This document shows, piece after piece, positions 31,373 to 41,480 of a stretch of DNA of 64,000 nucleotides (positions within the stretch are counted from its first letter, which is position 1; each line of letters opens with the position of its first letter). The translations under genes and the position numbers were made by a program. Origin of the DNA: Bradymonadia bacterium (GTDB taxonomy: Bacteria; Myxococcota_A; Bradymonadia; UBA7976; UBA1532); the NCBI GenBank assembly GCA_046290225.1, contig JBKAGE010000035.1, positions 320,001 through 384,000 on the forward strand, read 5' to 3'. The notes below the pieces were generated by a model. It worked only from the letters and a program-made list of their open reading frames with translations, had not been told where the DNA came from and made no database searches.

Positions 31373-32973
31373 GCCTTCCCCGTATCGCAGTCATCGGCGC
31401 CGGTGCCTGGGGCCGAAACCTGATCCGCAACTTCAATGAGCTCGGAGCCCTGGCTCTGATATGCGACGCACACCCGGATGCGCGCAGCCGTATGGCCGAG
31501 CTCTACCCCGACGTGCCCATCGTCGACAGCCCCGAGGCGGTCTGGCGGGCCAAGGCAGAGGGGTTGATCGACGGTGTCGCGGTGGCAGCGCCGGCGGTGA
31601 CGCACGCACCGCTGTGCCGTGCAGCTCTAGAAGCAGATCTCGACGTCTTCGTGGAGAAGCCCCTGGCCTTGCGGGTCGACGCTGGTCAGAGCCTCGTCGA
31701 CCTCGCCCGCACTCGGGATCGTATTTTGATGGTGGGGCACTTGCTGCGCTATCACCCGGCGGTCACTGCTCTGGAGAAGCTGGTCCGCGGAGGCCAGCTG
31801 GGGCGGCTACGCCACGTGTCGTGCACCCGGCTCAACTTCGGCAAGATCCGAGACGAGGAGAACATCCTCTGGAGCTTTGCCCCCCACGACATCTCGCTCA
31901 TCTTGCACTTCGTGGGGGAGCAGCCTCGGCGCGTACAGGCCATGGGTGGGGCCTATCTGAACCCCAACCTGCCCGACGTCACCCTCACCCACCTCGAGTT
32001 CCCTTCGGGGGTGAACGCCCACGTACACGTGAGCTGGCTGCACCCTTACAAAGAGCAGCGCCTCGTGCTCATCGGCGAGCGGGGCATGGCGGTCTTCGAC
32101 GATCAGGCCCCCTGGGAGAGCAAGCTGGTGCTCTACCCCCACGAGGTGGACTGGGTGGATCAACGCCCCGTGGCCCGCAAAGCCACAGGCGATGTCATCC
32201 CCCTCGATGCCGGCGAGCCCCTCAAGGACGAGTGCGCCCACTTCCTCGCCCGCATCACCGATCGACAGGCCCCCATCACCGACGGGGCCGAAGGCCTGGC
32301 GGTGCTGCAGGTGCTCGAGGCGGCCCAACGCGCTCTCGACGAGGGTCGCCCCATCGAGCTCGAGGGTGAGCAGCCCGTCACCCGATACCCTGGCGTGAAG
32401 ATCCACCCCACGGCGGAGATCGACGGCCCGGTGGAGATCGGTGAAGGCACCCGCATCTGGCACTTCAGCAAGTTGTTGGGCCCGCTGCGCATCGGCGAGC
32501 GGTGCAATCTCGGGCAGAACGTTGTCGTCGAGCGCAACGTCACCCTCGGCAACAACGTGAAAGTGCAGAACAATGTGTCGATCTACCAGGGGGTGATCCT
32601 CGAAGACGACGTCTTCTGTGGGCCCTCGATGGTCTTCACCAATGTGCGTACCCCCCGCAGCCACGTCTCCCGGCGAGATGCCTACGAGATCACCCGTGTG
32701 TGCAAGGGGGCCTCCATCGGCGCCAACGCCACCATCGTCTGTGGTGTACGGCTGGGCCGATTTGCCTTCGTGGGTGCCGGCGCGGTGGTCACAGCCGACG
32801 TGCCCGACCATGGGCTCGTCTATGGTAACCCCGCGAGACTGCACGGCTGGGCCTGTCAGTGTGGTGCCATTCTCGACCTCGGCGTCGACCCCGAGATCTC
32901 CGAGGAGGCCACATGTACAGAATGTGGTGCAACGTACACACGGCAAGGGATGGCGGTTGCGCTCGCCGAATAA
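31369..32973 (+). CDS. Fusion of Gfo/Idh/MocA oxidoreductase and left-handed beta-helix N-acetyltransferase (WbpB/WlbA + WbpD/WlbB-like)
   Basis: IGAGAWG, VEKPLA, VGHLLRYHP, WSFAPHD; then IHPTA, IGEGTRIWHFS, NLGQNV, VFCGPSMVFTN, GASIGANATIVCG, YGNPAR..GWAC.CG. Confidence 0.88.
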   Translation: MSLPRIAVIGAGAWGRNLIRNFNELGALALICDAHPDARSRMAELYPDVPIVDSPEAVWRAKAEGLIDGVAVAAPAVTHAPLCRAALEADLDVFVEKPLALRVDAGQSLVDLARTRDRILMVGHLLRYHPAVTALEKLVRGGQLGRLRHVSCTRLNFGKIRDEENILWSFAPHDISLILHFVGEQPRRVQAMGGAYLNPNLPDVTLTHLEFPSGVNAHVHVSWLHPYKEQRLVLIGERGMAVFDDQAPWESKLVLYPHEVDWVDQRPVARKATGDVIPLDAGEPLKDECAHFLARITDRQAPITDGAEGLAVLQVLEAAQRALDEGRPIELEGEQPVTRYPGVKIHPTAEIDGPVEIGEGTRIWHFSKLLGPLRIGERCNLGQNVVVERNVTLGNNVKVQNNVSIYQGVILEDDVFCGPSMVFTNVRTPRSHVSRRDAYEITRVCKGASIGANATIVCGVRLGRFAFVGAGAVVTADVPDHGLVYGNPARLHGWACQCGAILDLGVDPEISEEATCTECGATYTRQGMAVALAE

Positions 32974-33025
32974 ATGCGCATATTGCTCCCCCTCACCGAG
33001 GGTGTTCACGTCGAGAGGTTGATTC

Positions 33026-33481
33026 ATGGGCCTGGTCGGTCGATTGAGAGCGCGAGGGCGGCAAGTGGCCGAAGCGGCCATGCAGCAGCCGGCGATCCGT
33101 CGACGGGTCGAGCGCCTGAATCAGCTGACTGAGGATCTACGCACAGAGACTCAGACCCGCGTCGAGGCCTGGCTCAAGGAGATGGAGGCCAAAGCCTGGG
33201 CCTACATCCAGCAGAAGCAAGAAGAGCTCGGCAAAGCCCAGCGCCAGATGGACCGCGCTCAAAAACGCCACGAGTACTATCAGTTGCTCGGGCTGCCCGA
33301 CGGCGCCCCCCTCGACGAGGTGAAGAAAGCCTACCGCCGGAAGATGCGAGAGCATCACCCTGATCGCTTTGCCCATGATCCCGATGCAGAGGCCAATGCC
33401 CATGATCAGGCCCAACGCATCAACTCGGCCTATGCCGAGCTCACGGCGCTGCTCACCGGACGCGAGAGCCGCGTCGGCTGA
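33026..33481 (+). CDS. Protein with C-terminal DnaJ domain
   Basis: YYQLLGL..GA..DEVKKAYR.KM..HHPD, IN.AY. Confidence 0.85.
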   Translation: MGLVGRLRARGRQVAEAAMQQPAIRRRVERLNQLTEDLRTETQTRVEAWLKEMEAKAWAYIQQKQEELGKAQRQMDRAQKRHEYYQLLGLPDGAPLDEVKKAYRRKMREHHPDRFAHDPDAEANAHDQAQRINSAYAELTALLTGRESRVG

Positions 33482-33585
33482 GTCGCTTCAACTGAGTCGC
33501 TTCAACCGGGCCGCTTCAGCTGAAACAGCACAGTGACTCAGCACAGTGACTCAGCGCAGTGACTCAGCGCAGTGACTCAGCGCAG
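33478..33585. repeat. Two short tandem arrays (14-bp x3; 13-bp x4.6) between convergent genes
   Basis: ctgagtcgcttcaa x2 plus a variant; cagc(a/g)cagtgact x4 plus a partial copy. Confidence 0.9.
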
Positions 33586-33909
33586 GGCCCGACTGCCTGC
33601 CTGCATGATGTAGTCGCGAGACTCAGCGGTGAGTTCAAGGAACTTCACCCCCATGCCTGCCTCGCGCTGCGGGGGCTGTACCGTGCGCACCACCTCACCG
33701 ACACCTTCGATGATCTCGATGTCCTGGTGGATCAGGCTGAACTTCAAGTTCACCTGAGTGCCCACGGGCAGAGGATGCTTCGACCGGATGAACACCCCCG
33801 TGAGCGAGATGTCGCGGGCGTATTCGGCGACGAACTCCTCGATCGACTCGAAGTCGCGGTTGATGCTCACCCGGGTGGCCGAGCGCTTCTCTTGACGACC
33901 AGCGCTCAT
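33577..33909 (-). CDS. PilZ-like protein (myxobacterial TIGR02266-type)
   Basis: EKRSATR, FVAEYARDISLTGVFIRS..PLPVGT.V.LKF, GMGVKF. Confidence 0.85.
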   Translation of the reverse strand: MSAGRQEKRSATRVSINRDFESIEEFVAEYARDISLTGVFIRSKHPLPVGTQVNLKFSLIHQDIEIIEGVGEVVRTVQPPQREAGMGVKFLELTAESRDYIMQAGSRALR

Positions 33910-35429
33910 GGCGCCCCTCCCGCTGCGGGGATCAGACCGCGCAGCTCGTAGTGTTCCAGGTGGAAGTCAGCCCTGATCTCCACGTGGATGCGTTTCTCCG
34001 TCTGGTTCTCGAGATCTTCGAGCATGGCGTGCTCTTCGTCGAGGAGCACCTTGGCCACTCGGGGGTGCACCGCCACCGTGAGCTCGGGATCGTGCATGAA
34101 GGGGGCCTCACGCACCAACGTGCGATAGATGTCGTAGGCCACCGTGGTCCGGCTCTTGAGCACCCCGGAGCCCTCGCAATAGAAGCACGGCTCCGAGATG
34201 GTGCGCAGCAACGACTCGCGCACGCGCTTGCGGGTCATCTCCACGAGGCCCAGATCGCTGATCTTCAGGATGTTGGTCTTCGCCCGATCGGCCTTCAGGG
34301 CATCGGCGAGGGCGGTGTACACGCGGTTGCGGTTCGCCTCGTCGTCCATGTCGATGAAGTCGATGATGATGATGCCACCGATGTTGCGCAGCCTGAGCTG
34401 GTGCACGATCTCTTCGACGGCCTCGAGGTTGGTGCGCACGATGGTGTCTTCGAGGTTGCGCCGACCCACATAGCGGCCTGTGTTCACGTCGATGGCGGTG
34501 AGGGCCTCGGTCTGATCGATGATCAGATAGCCCCCGCTCTTGAGCCACACCTTCCGGCCCAGGGCGCGGTTCATCTCGATCTCGACGCCGAAGGCCTCGA
34601 AGATCGAGGTCTCACCCTCGTACAGCTGCACCCGGTCGGTGTACCGGGGCATGAAGCGCCGCATGAAGGTCACCAGGCGCTGATGCTCACGGGGGTTGTC
34701 GATGATGACCTCGTCGACGTCGGGGGTGACCATGTCTCGGGCTGATCGCAGCACCAGATCGAGATCTTCATGCAGCGTCGCGGGGGCCGGTGACGACTCG
34801 GTCCGGGCGAGGATGTCGTTCCACACCTGCCGCAGGTACTCGAGATCGGCCCGCAGCTCTTCGGGTGATCGACCCTCGGCGGCGGTGCGTGCCACGAAGC
34901 CGCCCCCCTCAGGCACCAGCTCTTCGAGGATCCCACGCAGGCGTCGACGCTCGTCTTCTTCGGAGATACGCCGGCTGATGCCCAGATGGTCGACGGTGGG
35001 CATGTAGACCAGGTGGCGACCGGCGATGCTCACATGGCTGGTGATGCGAGCCCCTTTGGTACCGATGGCCTCTTTCGCCACCTGCACCATGATCTCCTGC
35101 CCTTCGGTGAGCAGGCTCTGGATCGGCCTCTGGCTGAGATCAGATCGGGCATCGTGCAGTGTCGAGGTGCCCGAGGCAGCCTCTGTTCGAGTGCCCCCTG
35201 TGGGGTCGGCCACGTCGGCCACGTAGAGAAACGCGGCCCGCTCGAGGCCGATGTCGACGAAGGCCGCCTGCATGCCCGGAAGCACCCGGACCACGCGACC
35301 CTTGTAAATATTGCCCACGAGGCTGCTATCCTTGCGGCGCTCTACATATAACTCGGCGACACGGTTGTCTTCGAGCAGCGCCACTCGGATCTCGTGGGGA
35401 GAGCAATCAAGCACGAGAGAAGTCTTCAT
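33906..35429 (-). CDS. rng: Ribonuclease G/E family
   Basis: VGNIYKGRV.RVLPGMQAAFVDIG, KGARIT, LKSGGYLIIDQTEALTAIDVNTG, RLRNIGGIIIIDFIDM, GLVEMTRKR, CxxC. Confidence 0.95.
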   Translation of the reverse strand: MKTSLVLDCSPHEIRVALLEDNRVAELYVERRKDSSLVGNIYKGRVVRVLPGMQAAFVDIGLERAAFLYVADVADPTGGTRTEAASGTSTLHDARSDLSQRPIQSLLTEGQEIMVQVAKEAIGTKGARITSHVSIAGRHLVYMPTVDHLGISRRISEEDERRRLRGILEELVPEGGGFVARTAAEGRSPEELRADLEYLRQVWNDILARTESSPAPATLHEDLDLVLRSARDMVTPDVDEVIIDNPREHQRLVTFMRRFMPRYTDRVQLYEGETSIFEAFGVEIEMNRALGRKVWLKSGGYLIIDQTEALTAIDVNTGRYVGRRNLEDTIVRTNLEAVEEIVHQLRLRNIGGIIIIDFIDMDDEANRNRVYTALADALKADRAKTNILKISDLGLVEMTRKRVRESLLRTISEPCFYCEGSGVLKSRTTVAYDIYRTLVREAPFMHDPELTVAVHPRVAKVLLDEEHAMLEDLENQTEKRIHVEIRADFHLEHYELRGLIPAAGGAP

Positions 35430-35468
35430 GGCGCCATCGTCGTCGATTCCTCGGTGGAGGGAAAGCCC

Positions 35469-36542
35469 TTGGATACATTGAGCCTGATGCAGCGTCATGG
35501 CCTCGAACAGATCGTCAGCGTGCACGATCCTGCGACGGGCCTTCTGGGTTGCATCGTGATCCACGACACCACCCGCGGCCCCGCCATCGGAGGCACACGG
35601 CTCTACCGATATGCCGATCCCTCCATGGCCCTCGACGACGCCATCGAGCTGGCGGTGGCCATGACCCGGAAGTGCGCCCTCGCCGGCCTCGGTGCCGGCG
35701 GCGGCAAAGGCGTGATCATCGATCACCCGGGCATCACTGATCGCGCGGCGATGTTCGCGGCTTATGGCCGATACGTCGACAGCTTGCAGGGCCGCTTCTA
35801 CACCAGCGGTGACTTGGGCGTGACCGCGGATGATCTGCGACACATGCGCAAGAGCACCCGCTTCGTCGCCGTACCCGACGAGCAGGATCTCAACCTCGCC
35901 GGTGCCGAAGCGAAGGGCATCCTCGCAGGCATGAGCGCCACCCTGGAGGTGACCGGGCATGGCGCAGATCTGCAAGGCGCCCGAGTGGTGGTGCAGGGCC
36001 TTGGTGCCATGGGCTACGGCGTGGCCTCGCGCCTCGTAGAGGCAGGGGCAGAGGTGCTCGGGAGCGATCTCAACGAGAAGCGCCTGCAGCGTGCGGTGCA
36101 GCACCTCGGCCTCAAGCCTTTGCCAGCGGCGACGGTGTACACCACCGAAGCAGATGTCTTCTGCCCCTGTGCCACGAGCGCCGTGCTCACCCCCGACGTG
36201 GCCCGCTCGCTCAAGGTGAAGGCCGTAGTGGGGGCCGCGAACAACCAGCTGTTCAACGACGAGGCAGACCACATCATGATGGACCGCGGGGTGCGCTACG
36301 CCCCGGACTTCGCCGTGAACAGTGGCGCGGTGATCCTCGGCGCCACCCACTACCTCGAGCACCGCACCGATTGGATCGAGACCGCACAGCACGCCGCTGG
36401 TCGTATTCGAGAGAGCGTCGCCCGCATCTTCAACGAGTCCGACGCCTCCGGCGAGCCTCCGGGCGCCGTGGCGATGCGCCTCGCCGACGAAGCCCTGGTA
36501 CGTCCCCGAAGCACCGACGTGCAGTGGTGGCCGATTCACTGA
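35469..36542 (+). CDS. Leu/Phe/Val dehydrogenase family
   Basis: IHDTTRGPAIGGTR, MTRKCALAGL..GGGKGVI, VQGLGAMG, GAANNQL, YAPDF.VNSG; TTG start after GGAGG. Confidence 0.88.
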   Translation: MDTLSLMQRHGLEQIVSVHDPATGLLGCIVIHDTTRGPAIGGTRLYRYADPSMALDDAIELAVAMTRKCALAGLGAGGGKGVIIDHPGITDRAAMFAAYGRYVDSLQGRFYTSGDLGVTADDLRHMRKSTRFVAVPDEQDLNLAGAEAKGILAGMSATLEVTGHGADLQGARVVVQGLGAMGYGVASRLVEAGAEVLGSDLNEKRLQRAVQHLGLKPLPAATVYTTEADVFCPCATSAVLTPDVARSLKVKAVVGAANNQLFNDEADHIMMDRGVRYAPDFAVNSGAVILGATHYLEHRTDWIETAQHAAGRIRESVARIFNESDASGEPPGAVAMRLADEALVRPRSTDVQWWPIH

Positions 36543-36552
36543 AAGATCTCTC

Positions 36553-38076
36553 ATGACCACACACTATGCCCTCTGGGCCATGGCGCTGACGTGCCTGGTC
36601 CTTGCCTGTGACGACAGCGCCACGAATGATCCGGCCGACGCAGGTCGCATCGCCCGGGACGCCCAGGCCGCACCCTCAGATATGCGCCCGATGCCCGATC
36701 TCGGTGTGGATGCACCAGACAGCCACGTCGACATGCCCGACATGCCCGATATGGGTGGTGAGGCCATGGCCGATGCAGCCCCGGAAGCGGAATGTCTGAG
36801 AGATGAGCAGTGCGGGCCCGGCCGTGTGTGCTACCGAGAGCGGTGCGTTGATGGTCAGCGATGCGATGATGAGGGCATGTGCCCCGAGGGCCTGCTCTGC
36901 ATCAACGATCTCTGCCTGCCCGATCCCACAGCAGCAGGGGGCCTCGCAGCCGAGCCCAATTTGCTGGTGTACACCTTCTTCGAGGTGGGCAGCACCGCGG
37001 TGAGAAACACCCGCATCACCAATACAGGGGAGGGCGTGCTCACCCTCACCGAGCTGAACCTCGAGGGATCGAACACCTTCGTCATCGAAGATGGCCCCCA
37101 GCTGCCTCTCCGCCTGGTGCCCGAGCAGGGCACCGACGTCTTGATCCGCTACACGGCCGACGACGACCTGCCCGACAATGGTCGGCTCGTCGTGCGCACC
37201 GATCGCGCCCAGGCAGAGCCCGTGATCGTGCAGCTCGGCACTGAGCGCAAGCAGGTGGGTGGTGCTGATCCGTGCCTCGAGGTGGTCCCTGCACGCGTGG
37301 ACTTCGGTCCAGTGGTACGTGGGCAGATCGCCCGCCGTATGGTGGAGCTGGTCTCGTGTGGTCAGGCCCCAGTGCAAATCAACGCCATCCGTCGTGGCCA
37401 GACCTTCTTCGGCACTTTGCCCACCACCTTCGACATCGTGCACCCCGTCTATCCGCTGGTACTCCAGCCTGGGCAGCGTCAGATGGTGGAGCTGAACTAT
37501 GCGCCCCGCCGCGCGGGCCTCGAGGCCGGTTTCTGGAACATCCTCAGCACTGATCCACAAAGCCCCGAGACTCGGGTGGACGTCACCGCCCTCGCCACAC
37601 CCCCACCCATCGAAGAGGTGGCATTGCACGTGCGTTTGTCGTGGGACACTGATCTCAACGACGTCGATCTGCACCTGCTTGGTCCCGGCGGGCAAATCTG
37701 GACCTGCGAAGGTGACTGTTACTTCAGCAACCCCAACCCCAACTGGGGCGATCCGAACCGATTTGAAGATGACCCGTTCCTCGACCTCGACGACGTCGAT
37801 GGCTTCGGCCCCGAGAACATCAACCTCGAAGAGCCACAGCCAGGCACTTACCGGGTGCTGGTGCAGTACTGGGCCGAGCACGAGAGCTTCGAAGCCCCTC
37901 GGGCCACCGTGGAGATATTGCAGTTTGGCAACGTGGTGGCGTCGTATGGCCCTCAACGCCTCAACAGCGTCGGTGATGAATGGCTCGTGGTGGACATCGA
38001 ATGGCCCGCGCTCAACCTGGTGCCCCTCGGTCAGGTCTCGAACAACCCCGTGGGCAACCTCTGCGGTGGCTTCTGA
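36553..38076 (+). CDS. Lipoprotein with Cys-rich repeats, two Ig-like (ASH/choice-of-anchor-D-like) domains and a YfaP/DUF2135-like C-terminus
   Basis: VLAC lipobox; ITNTG..LT, VDFG.V; LSWDTD.NDVDLHL..P, DLDDVDGFGPENI. Confidence 0.8.
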   Translation: MTTHYALWAMALTCLVLACDDSATNDPADAGRIARDAQAAPSDMRPMPDLGVDAPDSHVDMPDMPDMGGEAMADAAPEAECLRDEQCGPGRVCYRERCVDGQRCDDEGMCPEGLLCINDLCLPDPTAAGGLAAEPNLLVYTFFEVGSTAVRNTRITNTGEGVLTLTELNLEGSNTFVIEDGPQLPLRLVPEQGTDVLIRYTADDDLPDNGRLVVRTDRAQAEPVIVQLGTERKQVGGADPCLEVVPARVDFGPVVRGQIARRMVELVSCGQAPVQINAIRRGQTFFGTLPTTFDIVHPVYPLVLQPGQRQMVELNYAPRRAGLEAGFWNILSTDPQSPETRVDVTALATPPPIEEVALHVRLSWDTDLNDVDLHLLGPGGQIWTCEGDCYFSNPNPNWGDPNRFEDDPFLDLDDVDGFGPENINLEEPQPGTYRVLVQYWAEHESFEAPRATVEILQFGNVVASYGPQRLNSVGDEWLVVDIEWPALNLVPLGQVSNNPVGNLCGGF

Positions 38077-38284
38077 TCAGCAAGCTCAATCAGACCAGAG
38101 TCACTGATTACCCACACCATGTTCCTATGATGTAACAGGCTGATACACCCCATGGGTCCCTCGTGACCCATTTGAACGACCTCACCACAAAACCTGCCCA
38201 CCTCCCTCAACCAAGCCATGGTCGACGCCGTATGTCGGAGTCGGTGAGCAACACTCTTGTTGTGATGACGAGACATCAGATTCA

Positions 38285-38443
38285 GAGGTCCTAACACAAC
38301 AGCGGACCGAGTCAGGGTCGTGAGGCGCGAGTGAGGCGTGAGAAACACCCGCAGGCGATGCCAACGCATCGTCGAGGACGGTTTCTCGCGTCTCGCGAAG
38401 TGCATCGCGGCACTGACGACGGGAGCTGTTTTGTGAGGGCCTC
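38285..38443. mobile_element. MITE-like structured repeat, copy 2 (159 bp)
   Basis: TIRs gaggtcctaacacaacagc / gctgttttgtgagggcctc (16/19); TCA on both flanks (3-bp direct repeat). Confidence 0.72.
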
Positions 38444-38459
38444 TCAGTCAGGGCAATCC

Positions 38460-38792
38460 ATGGCACACGGTAAAGACAAGCGACTGGATAATCGACACGG
38501 TGTGCGCCGTGTCGTCATCGAAATCGAGAACGAATCATACCAGGTGAGCGACATCTCGCTCGGCGGGTGCTTCATCGATGGCGCCAGCAACAAGTGGCCT
38601 CCTGGCAAAGTGCTCAAAGCCACTCTGGTCATGCCGTTCAATGAGCAGATCCGGCGCGTCATGGTGAAGATGCAAATCGTCCGTGTGGCCGACAATGGCC
38701 TCGGCGCCCAGTTCCGCTTACCGACCTCTTCGACGGTCATGTACATCCGTCACTATTTGAATTCGTCCTGGGACGAATCCTTCGCCTCATAG
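38460..38792 (+). CDS. PilZ domain protein
   Basis: RLDNR (RxxxR) and DISLGG (DxSxxG) c-di-GMP motifs, G.QF. Confidence 0.8.
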   Translation: MAHGKDKRLDNRHGVRRVVIEIENESYQVSDISLGGCFIDGASNKWPPGKVLKATLVMPFNEQIRRVMVKMQIVRVADNGLGAQFRLPTSSTVMYIRHYLNSSWDESFAS

Positions 38793-38859
38793 GCGACACC
38801 CAGGCGCTCCAGTCCTCACATTCGCTCCATTCAATCGAACCGTCATGAGGGGGAAGCTC

Positions 38860-41361
38860 ATGTGTCGCGGTCATCTCAAGCGTTGGGGGCGTTTTTTGCC
38901 TGCAGCGCTCTGCTTGCTTTTGCCAAGCATCGCCCTGGGTGAAGACGCACCCAAACCCATCACCCAAGAGACCATTGATGGCCTGCAAGGGAACATGAAC
39001 CATGTGTGGACGATGGTGTCCGCAGCGCTGGTGTTCCTGATGCAGTGCGGGTTCCTGTTCATCGAAGCAGGGATGGTGCGGTCGAAGAACGCCATCAACG
39101 TGGCGCAGAAGAACATCGCCGACATGTTGCTGTCGGTGGTCATGTTCTGCCTCGTGGGCTTCATGTTCATGTTCGGCAGCAGCGCCGGCGGTCTCATCGG
39201 CATCGAGGGCAAACTCTTCGCTCTCGATGGCATGGATGACTGGGGCTTTACCTTCTTCGTGTTCCAGGCAGTGTTCTGCGGAACTGCAGCGACCATCGTG
39301 TCAGGTGCTGTGGCAGAGCGCATGAAGTTCGGTGGCTACCTGGTGGTCTCGGTGGTGGTCTCGGTGCTCATTTACCCGGTCTTCGGTCACTGGGCGTGGG
39401 GCAACCTGCTCGACAGCAACAACACGGCCTGGCTGGCTGACATCGGTTTCCTCGACTTCGCAGGCTCCACGGTGGTGCACAGCGTCGGTGGCTGGGTCGC
39501 CCTTGCCATGGTCGTCATCCTCGGCCCCCGCGTCGGTCGCTTCGACGAAGAGGGCAACCCCGTGCGCATTCACGGCCACAGCTCCGTCCTCGCCACCATG
39601 GGCGCACTCATCCTCTGGATCGGCTGGATCGGCTTCAATGGTGGCTCCACGACCACCGGTGACTCCAGCTTTGCCCCCATCGTGGCCAACACCCTCATCG
39701 CCGGCGCCTTTGGCGGCTCTGTATGCATGATGATCGGCCGATACCAGGACGGTCACTATCGGCCGGACCGGTCGATCAACGGTCTGCTCGGTGGCCTCGT
39801 GGGCATCACCGCTGGCTGTAATGCAGTGTCGATTCCCTCTTCGATGGTGATCGGTACTGTGGGTGGCCTGGTGGCGTACTACGGGGCTGAGCTGCTCGAG
39901 CGCAAGTTCAAGCTCGACGACGCTGTGGGTGCTGTGCCCGTACACGGTATGGCTGGTATGTGGGGCACCATCGCCGTGGGCATCTTCGCCCCCGCTGATC
40001 AGCTCGCAGCCGGCGGTCGCTTCGAGCAGATCGCTGTTCAGGCTGGTGGGGCTCTGTTGGCCTTCGTGTGGGCTTTCGGTCTCGGGTATGTGGTGTTCAA
40101 GGCCTTCGACGTCTTCGTGGAGCGGATGCGTGTGTCCACGGAGGACGAGCTCGCTGGTCTCAACCAGATCGAGCACGGGGCGACGCTGGGTACGGGTCAC
40201 CTGCTCAAGCGCATGACCGAACTCTCTTATGGTGAAGGCGACATCAGCATGCGCTTGTCGGAGGACAGCAACGACGAGGCCGGCGAGCTGGGCTTTGCCT
40301 TCAACCGCGTCATGGACAACATCGAGCACCTCGTCCGCACCGTGGCCACTGAAGGTCAGCTGCTGAGCATCTCCGCCGAGAAGATGTCTCGGGTCTCCCA
40401 GAGCCTGTCGGAGCAATCCGAAGCGGCGGTGAGCGAAGCGAGCCGTGCGAAGGGACGGGCGTCTTCAGCGAACGAGGCTTCAGGCCAGGCTGCAGGCTCG
40501 CTGGATTCGGCGAAGCAAAGCGCCACGTCGATCGCAGAGCGTTCGGGACACCTGGCGGGTGCGGTGCATCAGGCGACGAGTGGGGTGCAGACCATCGAGC
40601 ACGAGATTCACAGCATCCAGGACACCACCGCTCAGGTCAGGCGCGTCATCGAAGAGGCCCTCGACCAGAGCACCGCTGCCAAGACCAACGTCAATCAGCT
40701 CAGCTCTGCCATCGATTCCATCTCCGGCATCCTCACCATGATCGAGCAGGTCTCCAACAAGACCCGCATGCTCGCCCTCAACGCCACCATCGAGGCCGCA
40801 CGAGCCGGTGAGGCAGGCCGAGGCTTTGCCGTGGTGGCAGAGGAGGTCAAGGAGCTCGCTGATCAGACCGCCAAGGCCGTGGACGACATCCGCGGGAAGG
40901 TTTCGGGTGTGGTCGATGAGGCGAACCATACGGTGACCATCATCGAGGCCATCACCCACACCACCGAGCAGATGGGCTCCGCTGTGGCTCAGATCGCCGA
41001 CTCCGTGGAGGCCCAGAGCCAGTCTGCATCAACCATCGTCTCGCAGATCAACCAGGCCAACGACGAGACCAACGCCGTGGCCAGCCAGATCCGCACTGTG
41101 AGCACCGATGTCGCCCAGTCTTCTGAGAAAGCACTCTCTGCGGCCCACGACACCCTCAGCGTCATGAACGACATCGAGAGTGTGGAGAACGTGGCCCGCC
41201 AGAACCTCGAGCAGGCCCAGGAGGTCATGATGACCTCACAAGAAGTTGCTGAAGTGGCTCACCGCCTCACCCAGCTCATCGCACGCCTCACCGACGTGCA
41301 GAGCGTGTATCGCGAGGCTCAGCAAGTCATCAACATGGGCGGAACAACCGCCCATTTCTGA
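38860..41361 (+). CDS. Ammonium transporter (Amt) fused to HAMP and methyl-accepting chemotaxis signalling domain
   Basis: [119 protein letters not shown]. Confidence 0.93.
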   Translation: MCRGHLKRWGRFLPAALCLLLPSIALGEDAPKPITQETIDGLQGNMNHVWTMVSAALVFLMQCGFLFIEAGMVRSKNAINVAQKNIADMLLSVVMFCLVGFMFMFGSSAGGLIGIEGKLFALDGMDDWGFTFFVFQAVFCGTAATIVSGAVAERMKFGGYLVVSVVVSVLIYPVFGHWAWGNLLDSNNTAWLADIGFLDFAGSTVVHSVGGWVALAMVVILGPRVGRFDEEGNPVRIHGHSSVLATMGALILWIGWIGFNGGSTTTGDSSFAPIVANTLIAGAFGGSVCMMIGRYQDGHYRPDRSINGLLGGLVGITAGCNAVSIPSSMVIGTVGGLVAYYGAELLERKFKLDDAVGAVPVHGMAGMWGTIAVGIFAPADQLAAGGRFEQIAVQAGGALLAFVWAFGLGYVVFKAFDVFVERMRVSTEDELAGLNQIEHGATLGTGHLLKRMTELSYGEGDISMRLSEDSNDEAGELGFAFNRVMDNIEHLVRTVATEGQLLSISAEKMSRVSQSLSEQSEAAVSEASRAKGRASSANEASGQAAGSLDSAKQSATSIAERSGHLAGAVHQATSGVQTIEHEIHSIQDTTAQVRRVIEEALDQSTAAKTNVNQLSSAIDSISGILTMIEQVSNKTRMLALNATIEAARAGEAGRGFAVVAEEVKELADQTAKAVDDIRGKVSGVVDEANHTVTIIEAITHTTEQMGSAVAQIADSVEAQSQSASTIVSQINQANDETNAVASQIRTVSTDVAQSSEKALSAAHDTLSVMNDIESVENVARQNLEQAQEVMMTSQEVAEVAHRLTQLIARLTDVQSVYREAQQVINMGGTTAHF

Positions 41362-41480
41362 GCGACCCCTTCCGCCCACACCGGCGACTCCACCCCTGGC
41401 TGCACCCACCTTGGGGCTCAATGCAGCTCAGCTTCCCCCTCACATTCTGCTGGTCAGTCACCTGCACGGCCTGAGCATGC

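Noticed and set aside
33478..33585. Possible CRISPR array
   Set aside because: Units are 13-14 bp and contiguous with no unique spacers; no cas genes in the window
35430..36560. Apparent N-terminal extension of RNase G/E (884-aa ORF)
   Set aside because: Antisense to the Leu-type dehydrogenase; RNase homology begins at ATG 35429
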